This document shows positions 31,134 to 48,689 of a DNA stretch of 64,000 nucleotides, in pieces. Below the pieces are notes generated by a model that had not been told where the DNA came from, did no database searches, and saw only the letters and a list, made by a program, of their open reading frames with translations. The position numbers were made by a program, and so were the translations under genes. The stretch's first letter is position 1; each line of letters begins with the position of its first letter. The DNA is from the human T2T-CHM13v2.0 reference genome, Homo sapiens: the NCBI RefSeq assembly GCF_009914755.1, contig NC_060943.1. One strand, written 5' to 3'.

Positions 31134-31450
31134 CAGGGGTCCACAACCCCCAGGCTGCAAACTGGTACCAGTCTGTGGCCTGTTAGGAACCGGGCCAGCA
31201 TCACTACCTGAGCTTCACCTCCTGTCAGATGAGCAGCATTAGATTCTCATAGCAGCCTGAGCCCTATTGTGAACTGTGCCTGTGAGGGATCTAGGTTGTG
31301 TGCTCCTTATGAGAATCTAACTAATACCTGATGATCTGAGGTGGGACAGTTTTATTCTGAAACTGTCTGCCCCCTCCTCTGTCCCTGATGCGTGGAAAAA
31401 TTGGCTTCCATGAAACCAGTCCCTGGTGCCAAAAAGGTTGGGGACCGCTG
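31134..31450 (+). mobile_element. MER1B-type hAT-Charlie MITE in the ZNF749 3' UTR
   Basis: caggggtccacaacc ... ggttggggaccgctg; perfect 8-bp TSD ctttaaac (31126-31133 / 31451-31458). Confidence 0.9.
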
Positions 31451-31652
31451 CTTTAAACTACTCCTCTTCCTCATTCCCTACGCCAACCAGCCCCTGACAG
31501 TACTACTGTATGAATTTTACTATAAATATCTCATATGAGGAAACTTAAGTTTTAGTCTTTTGTGACTTATTTTGAGGCTTATTTCCCTAAATGTCTTCAA
31601 GGTTTATCCATGTTGTAGCATAGCTTATGATTTTCATCTTTTTTAAAGGCCG

Positions 31653-31658
31653 AATAAA
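31653..31658 (+). terminator. Probable ZNF749 polyadenylation signal
   Basis: AATAAA at the position paralogous to 6937. Confidence 0.5.
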
Positions 31659-31668
31659 ATCCCATTGT

Positions 31669-33261
<1,593 letters not shown>

Positions 33262-33357
33262 GGTATATGTATATGCCACTTTTCCTGTATTCTTTCTTCA
33301 GTGTACATTTGGGTTGCTTCCACTCTTCTGTTCTTGTTAATGCCACTATGAGCATGA

Positions 33358-33756
<399 letters not shown>

Positions 33757-36239
33757 ACTTCCCGTTAATTCTATTTTAAATTGTGGGGGGAATTATTTTC
33801 CATAGCAGCTGCACCATTTTACATTCTCACCAGTGCAGGGGTTCTAGTTTTTCACATTATTGCCAACACTTTGTTTTTTAATCATGATGGGTGTAAGATG
33901 TTATTTTATTATGGTTTTTTAATTTGCATTTCAGTATTGGTGTTGAGCATCTTTTCATTTGCTTGTTGACTAATTGTATAGGTTCTTTGGAGAAATATCT
34001 GTTAAATGTCTTTGCCCATTGAAGAAAGTTTTTGTAAATTTTCAGATAACATTGTATGCTTTTGTTGTGTACAACATGATGTGAAGTATATATACTTTGT
34101 TGAGTGGTTAACATGTACGTATTATATATGTACATATTCTGTATACATATTTTAAATATTAACCCCTTGCAGATATGTGTTTTTCAAATACTGTCTACCA
34201 TTCAGTCTGCTTCCTTTTCATTCTGTTCATGTCTTTTTTTTTTTTTTTTTTTGCACAGGAGTTTTCAAATTTCAATGGAGTCCAATATATGTTATGTTTG
34301 TTTCCTATGCTTTTGGTATTATACCCAAGAAATTATTGCTAAATCCAGTGTCATGAACCTTTTTTCATGTTATTTTCTAGGAGTTTTATAGTTTTAAGTT
34401 GTACTTTTATGTCTGATTTATTTCAGTTCGTTTTAGTAAATGGAGGAAGGTAAGTGTTCAACTTCATTCTTTTGCATATAGATATCCAGCTTTTTGAAAG
34501 TCATTTGTTGAAAAGACTCCTTAATAAGTTTTTGCGCTCTTGTCAAAAATCTGAGCATAAGTATGAGGACTTCCGTCTGGCCTCTTTATTCCACTATATG
34601 TATGCATTTGTGCTAGTACCAAGGTGTTTTGATACATAATTCTTTTAAAAGAATAATGTTTCTGTCCACTGTTGAGGCCCTTGCTAGAGGCTTGACAGTG
34701 CTACATTTGGAACAGCTGATTAAGTACACTTCCAACCACTTTCCTTAACAGGCTGTCAAACTCTGGGTCAATATATATCAGCCCCAGTCACCCCAGGAGC
34801 AGGTATCAGACATCTGGGGACAACTCCTATGCCCTGAAATGTGTAAAATTACTCAATTTGGCCAAGTATAGAAAGCCCAGAAAACCTAGCTAACCCGAAT
34901 CCACTTGCCACACACAAGCTGCCTCCTACAACTCCAGTTTGCTGTATTACTATCTATATTCCTTCACAACTCCAGTGCAGCCCTGAATCATGTCCTCTAG
35001 TTCTGAGTTGTAAGTTACAAAATGCTCCACCTTTCATCTATCTGTCATGTCATGTCCTGACATCAAGAAAACTTCTAAATCTTAAAACTACATACCCAGA
35101 AGGGTATCATGAGTGCAGCGAATGTTGGAAAGTCTTCAGCCATTAACCTCATTCAGCACCAGTAAACCATCTTGGAGAAAGACCTTAGGAATGCAGGCAG
35201 GCAAAGTGCTTTTGCCAGCAGATAAAATAGTAAAGCTGTGGATATTAGCTTTTGTGAGGGAGACCTCAACCAGAAATAGAATCTTACATCCAAACATCCA
35301 CACAAGGGAGGTTTGTTGTAATTGTCTGCTATATGAGAAGCTTTTGTGAATTACCTTGCACTTTCTGACCTGCCTGGGATCCTTGCCAGTGTTAAGTCAC
35401 TGAAAGTGTGTACTACAAAAGACTTCCATCCACTATTAGCTGATATCACAGTGTGTATCACCTTAAAATGCTTAGGGAGGGCAGATAGCTGTGCTCTCTA
35501 CCTTTATCTGAGTTATTGAGTCTGATCCCTTCGGGCGAGGCCTCATTCCCACTTCCATGGCTGGTTTGGGTGCAGACATCATCCAACTTTGGACAGAGGA
35601 TACAGGCTGGCTTGAGCTGGCAGCTTGTAAAGATTTTCCTTTCTTCATGGGTATTATTGCTTGTCTTATAATGTTGGTGATAGATTTTTCACCTTCCAAG
35701 CTGCCCAAACCCAGTCAATTTCCACGTGACTATACTGGTTTTAGTGATGATAAAGTCATTGTTTAAGCTACATTTACTCATTGCAGTTTTATTCTCTGTG
35801 TGCTGTGGGTTGAGAGCAAAATTGGAGTCTGCCAAAATGAAAAAGTGAGTGGTTTTGTGAGGTTTTCAATTTTATGTACTTCCAAGGAAATAGCAAAAAC
35901 AAAAACAAAACAAAAAACAAAAAAAAAAACTCAATCCACAAACGCCTGATGTATATTGCTTCAGAAGGTTCCTGGGAAAAAGAAGGATTTCTATCCAAAA
36001 TCCTTTACCCTGAATTTGAAGATTATTTATGGTTGCACAGTCAGCTTGCAGCCAGGACAATTGGTTTGACAACTGTCAGGATTTATGGCAGCTGTGAGAG
36101 CTGGGTATTTGTACCCATGCATGTCCCATATTCTCCAGTATTGTTTAGGGATAGCTTGCTCCTGTGATGTGCCTTATGAGCTATGTGTCTTGAACCCAAA
36201 AATGATGTAGGTTATGTTCCTGGATGTAAAATGTAAGAG

Positions 36240-36982
36240 TGCATTAGTTTGTTGTCCATTGCTTATAAAATAATACCTGAAACTGGGTTATTTATAAAGA
36301 AAAATGTATTTCTTACAGTTATGGAGGTTGAAAGGTCCAAGGTTGAGTGGCCGCATTTGGTAAGAGCCTTCTTGCTGGTAGACTGTGCAAAAAGTCCCAA
36401 GGTGGTACAGGGCATCACATGGTGAGGCTGCTGAGTGTGCTCACATGTTAACGTGCTAGCGCAAATCATTCTCTCTCTTTTTTTTTTTTTTTTTTTTTGA
36501 GACGGAGTTTCGCTCTTATCGCCCAGGCTGGAGTGCAATGGCGCGATCTTGGCTCACTGCACCTCCGCTTCCTGGGTTGGCTCACCGCAACCTCTGCCTC
36601 CCGGGTTCAAGCAATTCTTCTGTCTCAGCCTCTTGAGTAGCTGGGATTACAGGCATGTGCCACCACACCCCGCTAAGTTTTTATTTTTAGTAGAGCAGGG
36701 TTTCTCCCATGTTGATCAGGCTGGTCTCGAACTCCTGACCTCAGGTGATCTGCCCGCCTTGGCCCCCCAAAGTGCTGGGATTACAGGCAAGAGCCACGGC
36801 CCCTGGCCCTTTCTCTTCTTATAAAACCACCAGTTCTCCCAGGATAACCCATTAGTCTATCAACCCATAAATTGATTAATTCATTCCTGAGGATAGAGCC
36901 CTCATGATTCAATCACCTCTTAAAGGTCGCACCTCTCAGTACTACCACACTGTAGATTAAGCTTCAATGTGACTTTTGGAGG
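36240..36982. mobile_element. MaLR LTR (MST/MLT1A-like) with nested Alu (36478-36808)
   Basis: tgcattagt...aaactgggttatttataaaga ... caaaccatagca. Confidence 0.7.
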
Positions 36983-37239
36983 AGATGGTCAAACCATAGC
37001 AAGCAGTTTGGGAACCATAGTCTGTACAGAAACAGTGATTGTATTAATATGAAGTATGAGACACCAGCAAACTAGAGTGGAATGGATGAGCGCCTTGTAA
37101 AGAGACATCCATGAATGTTTCAGTAACTATGGCTATGTGAGATGAGGGTATACAGAAACTCTGAGGACCTACAGACATGTGTATCTCCTGTAGGCAAAGT
37201 CATTGTCAGAGCAAGTAATCCAAAGGTGTTATGGATTCT

Positions 37240-37603
37240 TGTGTCTCTGGCGTTATAAAACGTATGTTGAATTTTAATTGCCATTTTAACAGTGGGGAGA
37301 AATGGGACCTTTAAGAGGTGATTAGGTCATGATGGCTCTGCCCTTATAAAGGAATCAATGCCTTTATCGTAAGAGTGGGTTAACCCGAGAGTGACGTTTT
37401 TATAAAATCAGCTGTCTCTGTCTTTCATGCTCACTTGCCCTTCTGTCATATTATGACAGAGTAACAAGGCCCTCACCAGATGCCAAGCAGATACCAGTGC
37501 CATACCCTTGGACTTCCCAGCCTCCAGAACTGTATGAAACAAACTACTTTATAAATTACGCAATCTGTGGTGTTTTGCTATAGTAGTGGAAGACAGACAC
37601 AGA
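37240..37603. mobile_element. MaLR LTR, opposite orientation to 36240-36982
   Basis: gggacctttaagaggtgattaggtcatga; cttggacttcccagcctccagaactgt. Confidence 0.7.
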
Positions 37604-38144
37604 CATAAACCCTGTTAATTCAAACCACTACTGCACAGGTAGGAGCCTCATGACTGAATGAAGGGAGATTCTATACTTCTGAGATAAGTCTTTTTTTTTT
37701 TTAAACCTAAACATAATTCCTGGTGACTCAGGTGGACATAACCTTCATTGTCTCCAGTTCTTCTTCTTCCCCGAGATTCTGAATTTCCAACAACATTGCT
37801 TCCAGTTTTTGATACTATAAAATCAGAGTTGACCCACGTAAGACATGAGGAGAGGCTAATGATGGAATCAACACAGCTTTGCCAGAGGTTATAAAAGAGG
37901 ATTGAGAAATCCAGATTTTATTTGGAATTTTTCTTTTCTAACAGCTTTATTGAGGTATTAGTGACATTCAGTTGCACATTGTTAAAGTGTAAAATATATA
38001 AAAACAATCACCAAAGTCATGATAATAAACATATCCATTGCCTCAATAGTTTGTTTGTACCCTTTTCTATTCTCTCTCGCTCACAGTCCTACCCAAATTT
38101 TTATGCTCAGGTAGCCACTGGTTTACTTTATGTCACTATATACA

Positions 38145-38752
<608 letters not shown>

Positions 38753-39419
38753 TAACAAAGACCCATGAACATTCATATACAAGTGTTTATATGAATATAT
38801 TTAGCAGAATTGCATTTGTTAAACCTCCTTGTCCATGATGGTTATGGTGTATTTTAAAGATTAACCATTTTCATAGATGTGTTGTGGTCAGTGTGGTTTT
38901 TAAATTTGCATTTCTCTAATAATTAATGATGCTGAATAAGTTTTTATATGCTTATTTGTTATCTGTATATTTGGCCAAATTTCTAAATCTTTTCCCTTTT
39001 TTTAAAAAAAAAATCTTATTTTTCTATTTTAATAGAGTTTTAATTTTAGAACATTTTAAGATGTACAGAGAAATTGCAAATATAGTACAGAGATATCTCA
39101 TTTACAAGCACACCTAGTTGTTACTAATATATAGTCATATATTAGTATACAGCATTATTTACAATTAGTGAAACAGTTTTGATACATTATTAAACTAAAG
39201 TACATCTTTGATTGAGATTTCCTCAGTTTTTACCAAAATACATGTTCTGTTCCAGAATTCCACCTAGGATACCACATTGCATTTATTTTATTATTTTTTA
39301 TTCTTTTATTTATTTTTTTTCATGTGTCTCTAAATGTAACCACATTACAGTTAGTACTCACATTTCTTTAGGCTTGTCTTGCTTATGAGAATACTCATTT
39401 ATTTTGATATTGATTTTTA

Positions 39420-40067
39420 ATTTTTTTTTTTTAGATAGTCTTGCTCTATTGTCCAGGCTGGAGTGCAGAAGCACTTTCTTTCTTTCTTTCTTTCTTTTTT
39501 TTTTTTTTTTTTGAGACGGCGTCTTGCCCTGTCTCCCAGGCTGGAGTGCAGTGGTGGGATCTCGGCTCACTGCAACCTCTGCCTACTGGGTTCAAGGATT
39601 CTCCTGCCTCAGTCTCCTGAGTAGCTGGGATTACAGGCACCTGCCACCATGTCTGGCTAATTTTTGTATTTTTAATAGAGATGGGGTTTCACCATGTTGG
39701 CCAGGCTGGTCTTGAACTCCTGACTTCAAGTGATCTGCCCACATCAGCCTCTCAAAGTGCTGGGGTTACCGGCGTGACCCACGGTGCCCAGCCACTTTTA
39801 GTTATTTTTATTTTTATTTTGAGTCTCCCTCCGTCACCCAAGCTGGTAAGTAATTCTCGTGCTTCACCCTCTGGAGTAGCTGGGACTACAGGTGTGTGCC
39901 ACATGGTTGGCTAATTTTTGTATTTGAGACAGGGTTTTTGCCATGTTGGCCAGGCTGGTCTCGAACTCCTGGCCTCAAGTCATCTTGAGTGGATCACTTG
40001 AGGCATTTGGGAGTGCCTCAGCCTCCCAAAACGGTGGGATTACAGGCGTGAGCCACTGTGCCCGGCC
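39420..40067 (-). mobile_element. Nested antisense Alu cluster just 3' of VN1R1
   Basis: Alu fragment, full dimer (39475-39793) and a rearranged Alu. Confidence 0.9.
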
Positions 40068-40455
40068 TGCACATGTCTTTCTTACATGTGGACTCTCCAG
40101 GGGATTTATGCTGTTCAAGAAGCACCTGAATCAAACTGTGCTTTAAAAATATTTTTAAAACATTCCATGATTCTTCATAGTACAAAAATGAGAAATCTCC
40201 CCTAAATCTCTAAAGAATTCCCTTTTTAAACTTTTTGATTTCCTGAACTTGTCTGAAGGACTTAACACAGTTATATAGAGTGTTCTTTGTGTAACAGTAT
40301 CCATGACTTTCATTTTTAGCTCTGGTATTAGATCTTCCTGGACAAGAGCATTACTGGCCATGTGTATGTTGCTATCACAAATAACTAGTAGTTAATATTT
40401 CCTAAATCTTAGCAAGAGTTATGATAAATAGCTGAATTCCATGAAGAGAAAAGAC

Positions 40456-41517
40456 TCATGGCATGACAACCAGATTAGGAAAGAGTGTTTTCCTTGTCCT
40501 GCAGGCAAAACAGAACTGAGAGATATGAGTATCACTCATGATGAGGACAAAAGGGCTGCGTGCTGGGAAACATGAGGCGACCAACACAGAGTTGGTCACT
40601 ATCCACTGGCCTGGGTTTGCAACTACAGTTGTCCAAATTGTCAGAAAACTATGGACTGAATAGAAAACAAAAAAGGAGCTCACCAGGACCATGATGGTGT
40701 GTGTGGCTCTGTCTTCCTGGGAAGGTCTGCAGGAGAGTCTGTTGCTGTGATTGTGTTGGACTTGCTGCTTGTGTCTGTAGAGGAAGAAGACCATGAAGCC
40801 ACTGGCCCAGACCATGAAGCCCAAACTCATAAAATCAGGGGAAAAATATAAGACTGCATGTAATGAGCTAAATCTCTTTGATGCTTTGTAAGAACAGTAT
40901 CCATAATTGTTTTTTGCACTACTGTTTTTGCTATTCAGTGGGCCATTCACTAATAGAAGAACAGATGCATTCATCAAGACATGGGGGGCCCAGCAGAGGA
41001 GACAACAGAAGTCAATAAACCTTGGGGATCTAATCTTGATCTCCATCCACCTGCATATACTGGGGTTGAGCTTAATGGCTTGGAATCCATTGAGAAGGCA
41101 GATGGTGCTGAGGGAAACTCTTGTGCCCACCCTGTGATAATAAAAGACAAACTTACATCCAGTGTCATTCAGCAAATATTTCAATCCAAAAGCTGCCATT
41201 GTCTGAGGTATCCCTTTAAAGAAAAGGACCATGGAGTTAGCCAAGGCCAGTTGGCTGAGAATCAAGTCCGTGGGTCTCAGCTTGTGTCCAGTGAACAAAA
41301 TTAAGTTATAAAAACAAAGGAGAAAGGAATTTCCCAGGATCCCAACTCCAGTCTGAATGAGGAAGCTAATCCCTGATTTTACTTTTCCAAAAGCCATTTC
41401 ATCAAAATCTAGGGGATGTTGATTTTCATTGAGGTCTGAAGAATCAGTAGAATAAAAAAGCAGAAAGAAGTATCTTGTCATCAGTGGAGACAGAAGTTTT
41501 AATGTGTCTCCAACCAT
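40456..41517 (-). CDS. VN1R1: Vomeronasal type-1 receptor 1 (7TM GPCR), 353 aa ORF; 313 aa from Met41 at 41397
   Basis: Uninterrupted ORF with V1R motifs GILGNSFLL, LRPTDLIL, CKFVFYYHRV, LYRHKQQVQH, RATHTIMVLVSSF. Confidence 0.97.
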   Translation of the reverse strand: MVGDTLKLLSPLMTRYFFLLFYSTDSSDLNENQHPLDFDEMAFGKVKSGISFLIQTGVGILGNSFLLCFYNLILFTGHKLRPTDLILSQLALANSMVLFFKGIPQTMAAFGLKYLLNDTGCKFVFYYHRVGTRVSLSTICLLNGFQAIKLNPSICRWMEIKIRSPRFIDFCCLLCWAPHVLMNASVLLLVNGPLNSKNSSAKNNYGYCSYKASKRFSSLHAVLYFSPDFMSLGFMVWASGFMVFFLYRHKQQVQHNHSNRLSCRPSQEDRATHTIMVLVSSFFVFYSVHSFLTIWTTVVANPGQWIVTNSVLVASCFPARSPFVLIMSDTHISQFCFACRTRKTLFPNLVVMP

Positions 41518-41975
41518 ATTTTCTCATCTTAAACAGAAATTAAGATTGTCCCTGTTCGTGCAAAGGCAATTGCTTGTGTGTCCAACTGCAGAGAAGCAGG
41601 TGAATGAATGAGGGCTCAACCGCACAACAGATCCACAAATCAAACCTATAAAACTCAGGGCTTACACACATGCAACAAGTAAATACAAGCAAAACTAGGG
41701 AAATATATAAAAACAGAACACAGAAGAGTCAATATCATTAGAGTGATATTATACTATAGTTTGCAAAATGTAATCATGACGGAACCCTGGGTAATATGGA
41801 CAGGGCTTTTTCTGTATTATTTCTTATGACTGCTTGTGAGTCTACACTTATTTCAATAAAACCTTCAATTAAGTAGCCTGGAGATATGAAAAGCAAAAAT
41901 AATACACCATAAAACCTTTTCCACACTAATATTTTAGTAAACACCATTGTTATTGATGCATTGAAACAAATTTTA

Positions 41976-42276
<301 letters not shown>

Positions 42277-42701
42277 CTACAATACAATTGGTAACAAGGC
42301 CTTCAGCACAGTACAAATGCTAACTTGAAGAATTTTTAAAAACTATAATTTTTGGAACAATCAACATTGCATCATGGTATATTTTATTTTAAGCACATAT
42401 ATTTCTGTTATTTTCCACCGGACAGGTCTAGAGATTGTGAATTGACTCCGTAGAAATAACCATGACCACCTTGAGCCCACACATTTTTATCTCAATGCCA
42501 TTTCTCACAAGTAAATGCAAAAGATCCTGAAAATAAATACTAATCCCAGAAACACCTAAGATATCCTTAAAACTTGTTAAATAGGAAATTCAATATGTTC
42601 CAGAAAGCTTGGGTTTATTTTTAGGGAAAGATAATTCAATTGGGAGGGAATTTCATTGCACAATATTCATATATATCAATCACAAAAGAAATAGTAACTG
42701 C

Positions 42702-42962
42702 GGCCAGGCACGGTGGCTCACGCTTGTAATCTCAGCACTTTGGGAGGCTGAGGCGGGTGGATTACAAGGTCAGGAGATGGAGACCATCCTGGCCAACATG
42801 GTGAAACCCCGTCTCTACTAAAAATACAAAAATTAGCTGGGTGTTGTGGTGCGTGCCTGTAGTCCCAGCTACTCGGGAGGCTGAAGCCTCCTGGGTTCAC
42901 GCCATTCTCCTGCCTCAGCCTCCTGAGTAGCTGGGACTACAGGCGCCCACCATCACGCCCGG

Positions 42963-43015
<53 letters not shown>

Positions 43016-43133
43016 AGTAGAGACGGGGTTTCACCGTGTTAGCCAGGATGGTCTCGATCTCCTGACCTCGTGATCCGCCCGCCTCGGCCTCCCAAAGTGC
43101 TGGGATTACAGGGATGAGCCACCTCGCCCGGCC
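42702..43133. mobile_element. Fused inverted Alu pair with internal (GT)24
   Basis: Plus-strand Alu 42702-42885 joined directly to minus-strand Alu 42886-43133; both tails missing. Confidence 0.9.
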
Positions 43134-43264
43134 ATAATTTAGATTCTTTTGGTGTCTCTATGGAATTGCTATCATCAGGGAAAATTATGAGGTATTTTCT
43201 CCCATGAATAACTACATCTCTTTAGGGGTGGAGCAATCAATAACACAGCAGTATCAAGATTCTC

Positions 43265-43571
<307 letters not shown>

Positions 43572-43932
43572 TCAGGCTCTGAGGTATGAAAACCTTTTAG
43601 ATTCCCACAAACCACTTGTTGACAAATGTTTTTCCTATTTATATGAACTCATCATTTATCTTCAAGATAGTTCCTGATTCTTTGCTTTAATCTCTTATTT
43701 TGCTCCATTGTCCTAGTTGTATAATTTATTTCCAATATGCATTTGGTTTCCTATTTTTTCAGCTTCTCCTTATAAAGTACCATTTTTACTATGACTATTT
43801 TGAAAGCTTCTTGTATGTATAAAGTTAGTGTGATTACTGACTTTAACATACCACCTCCTTCTCCTCCTAGCCTCAGAAAGAAGTGTTGGTAACTGGTGAG
43901 AATTTTCAGACAGATTTTCCTTTTTTTTTTAA

Positions 43933-44266
<334 letters not shown>

Positions 44267-44269
44267 AAT

Positions 44270-44966
44270 TTAATTTAATTTTTTAAAGTTCCAGGATACA
44301 GGTGCCGGATGTGTAGGTTTGTTACATAGGTAAACGTGTGCCATGGTGGTTTGCTGCACCTATCAACCCGTCACCTAGGTATTAAGCTCAGCATGCGTTA
44401 GCTATTTATCCTGATGTGCTCCATCCCCCGACCCCTTTGACATATTCCAGTGTGTGTTGTTCCCCTCCCTGTCTCCATGTGTTCTCATCGCTCAACTCTC
44501 ACTTATAAGTGAGAACATTTGGTGTTTGGTTTTCTGTTTCTGTGTTAGTTTTCTGAGGATAATGGCTTCCAGCTCCATCCATATCCCTGCAAAGGACGTG
44601 ATCTCATTCTTTTTATGGCTGCATAGTATTCCATGGTGTATATGTACCACATTTTCTTTATCACTGATGGGCATTTGGGTTGATTCCATTTCTTTGCTAT
44701 TGTGAATAGTGCTGCAATGAACATATACATGCATGTATCCTTATAACAGAATGATAATAATAGAATGATTTATATTCCTTTGGATATATACACAGTAATG
44801 GGATTGCTGGGTCAAATGGTATTTCTGGTTTTAGGTCTTTGAGGAATTGCTACACTGTCTTCCACAATGGTTGAACTAATTTACCTTCCCACCAACAGTG
44901 GAAAAGCATTCCTATTTCTCCACCACCTTGCCAGCATCTGTTGTTTCTTGACGTTTTAATAACAGC
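44270..44966 (-). mobile_element. L1PA-type 3' end, antisense
   Basis: ORF2 C-terminal remnant MFIAALFTIAKKWNQPKCPS; L1 3' UTR; poly-T. Confidence 0.9.
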
Positions 44967-45176
44967 CCACTGAACAGCAAAAACCTTAGTGTGAAAAACA
45001 ATTATGGAGTCTGCTCCTGGGCAATGCAAGAAATATTTGGCACCTTATATACAATTATATACTTTTCTCCTGACTTTTTGAGTTTTGGCTTCTTGGTGTG
45101 GGTCAGTGGCTCCATAGTCTTTGTCCTATACAGACACAAGCAGCAAGTCCAACACATTTGTAGCAAGAGACTCTCC
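44967..45176 (+). pseudogene. VN1R107P: V1R pseudogene fragment (ECL2-TM5-ICL3 only); probably VN1R107P (symbol from recall)
   Basis: 70 codons align ungapped to VN1R1 aa 193-262, 45/70 identical by hand count; cut by an L1 on the left and non-coding sequence on the right. Confidence 0.8.
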
Positions 45177-45223
45177 TCAAATCAGTATAAGTAAAATTAG
45201 GAAAATATTAAGATGATAGTGAG

Positions 45224-45636
<413 letters not shown>

Positions 45637-46159
45637 TTAAACTGCTTGTGAGTCTAAAATTAAAATTATTGTTAATAAAATGGTCAGTAAAAATGCTCAG
45701 GAATATGTAAGGCAAAAATAAGGCATTATAAAACCTTGTCCATCATTATGTTTTAATACACATCTCCTCACATACTTATCATTTCTTTCTGATGAGAACA
45801 TTTAAAATCTACTCTTTTGGCAGTTTTGGAATAGACATTAACAATAGTCACCACGCCGTGCAACAGATCACTAGAACACATTCCTTGTGTCTAACTGAAA
45901 CTTCGTATGCTTTCACAAAAATCTCCCGTTTTTCAGTTTGCCCTCTATCTCTTTAGCACCTGGTAACCACCATTCTACTCTCTACTTTTATAAACTCAAC
46001 TTGCCTAAATTCTGCATACAAGTGAGACCATGACCATGTGGTGTTGGTCTTTTTGGACTTTCTTTGAATGTGTCCTGCCTTCAGAGATGTGTTGACCTAC
46101 AAGAAAAATGTATTGAAGCATACTACTATAATGTGTGCACATTTCTGAATGTCATGTAT

Positions 46160-47142
<983 letters not shown>

Positions 47143-48035
47143 TAGGACTTCTTTTTAACATATGTGTTGAGATTCCAATCTTTGTGGTTGCTATTTCTTT
47201 GATGATTAATTTATAGATTACAATGATTATTACTATGCAGTCAAATCACAATGTATTTTCTATAGAAATTAATACAAAATATATATTTAAAATAAAATGA
47301 GTTAGTTTAGTCTTCCAAAAATTTTTGTAGTTTAGAGATTATTTAAATTATTTGAGTTAGCATTTGTACTTGCTTTGTTCTATGGTGAAAGCTTTGCTAC
47401 CAATTACATTGTAGGTTTATTTGTTTCAATTCATCAATACCCAATGGTGTTTACCAAGATATGATTAAGACAAGGTTTTACAATATCTTATTTTCATCTT
47501 ACATATCACTGGGCTATTTAATTGAAAATTTTATTGAAATAATTATAGATTCACAAGCAGTTGTAGGAAATAAAACAGAAAGAGCCTGGCCCATATCGCC
47601 CAGTTTTTCCTCATGGTTACATTTGCAAATTATAGTATAATATCACAATAATGTTATTAACTTTGATAGACCTTATATCTTTTAAATATTTCCCTTGTTT
47701 TATTTCTATTCCTTTGTGAGTGTAGAACCCCTGAGTTTTATGGATTTTATAATTTCATTTTAATTGAACATTATTTAGGAATTATATAAAGTATTTATGT
47801 TTGTAAAAACCCAAAGATATATCACAGAATAATTCCATAGAATCCTAACTTTCATTTCTGTTTCCCCACCTGTCTGTCCCTATATACATATGCCTCTGCT
47901 GGCTTCAAATAATTCAGCATCCTTTGTACACTCTTCTGACCCATGCCTTTTTCACTTAAGCATATACCCTTAAGTAAAACCATATATGCAGTTCAACCTT
48001 AATGCAAACTATGTGTTCATACAAAGTACTGAGCT

Positions 48036-48334
<299 letters not shown>

Positions 48335-48338
<4 letters not shown>

Positions 48339-48685
48339 GAATGAGATCATGTCCTTTGCAGGGACATGGATGAAGCTAGAAGCCATTATCCTTAGCAAAC
48401 TAATGCAGGAACAGAAAACCAAACACCACATGTTCTCACTTATAAGTGGGAGCTGAACAATGAGAACACATGGACACAGGGAGGGGAACAATACACACTG
48501 GGGCCTGTCGAGGGATGGCGCTGGGGGAGGGAGAGCATTAGGAAAAATGGCTAATATATGCTGGGCTTAATACCTAGGTGATGGGTTGATAGGTGCAGCA
48601 AATCACCATGGCACATGTTTACCTATTTAACAAACCTCCACATTCTGCACATGTACCCCAGAACCAAAAAGTAAAATAAAAAAAA
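48335..48685 (+). mobile_element. L1PA-type 3' end, sense
   Basis: NEIMSFAGTWMKLEAIILSKL; L1 3' UTR and A-tail. Confidence 0.9.
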
Positions 48686-48689
48686 CTCG

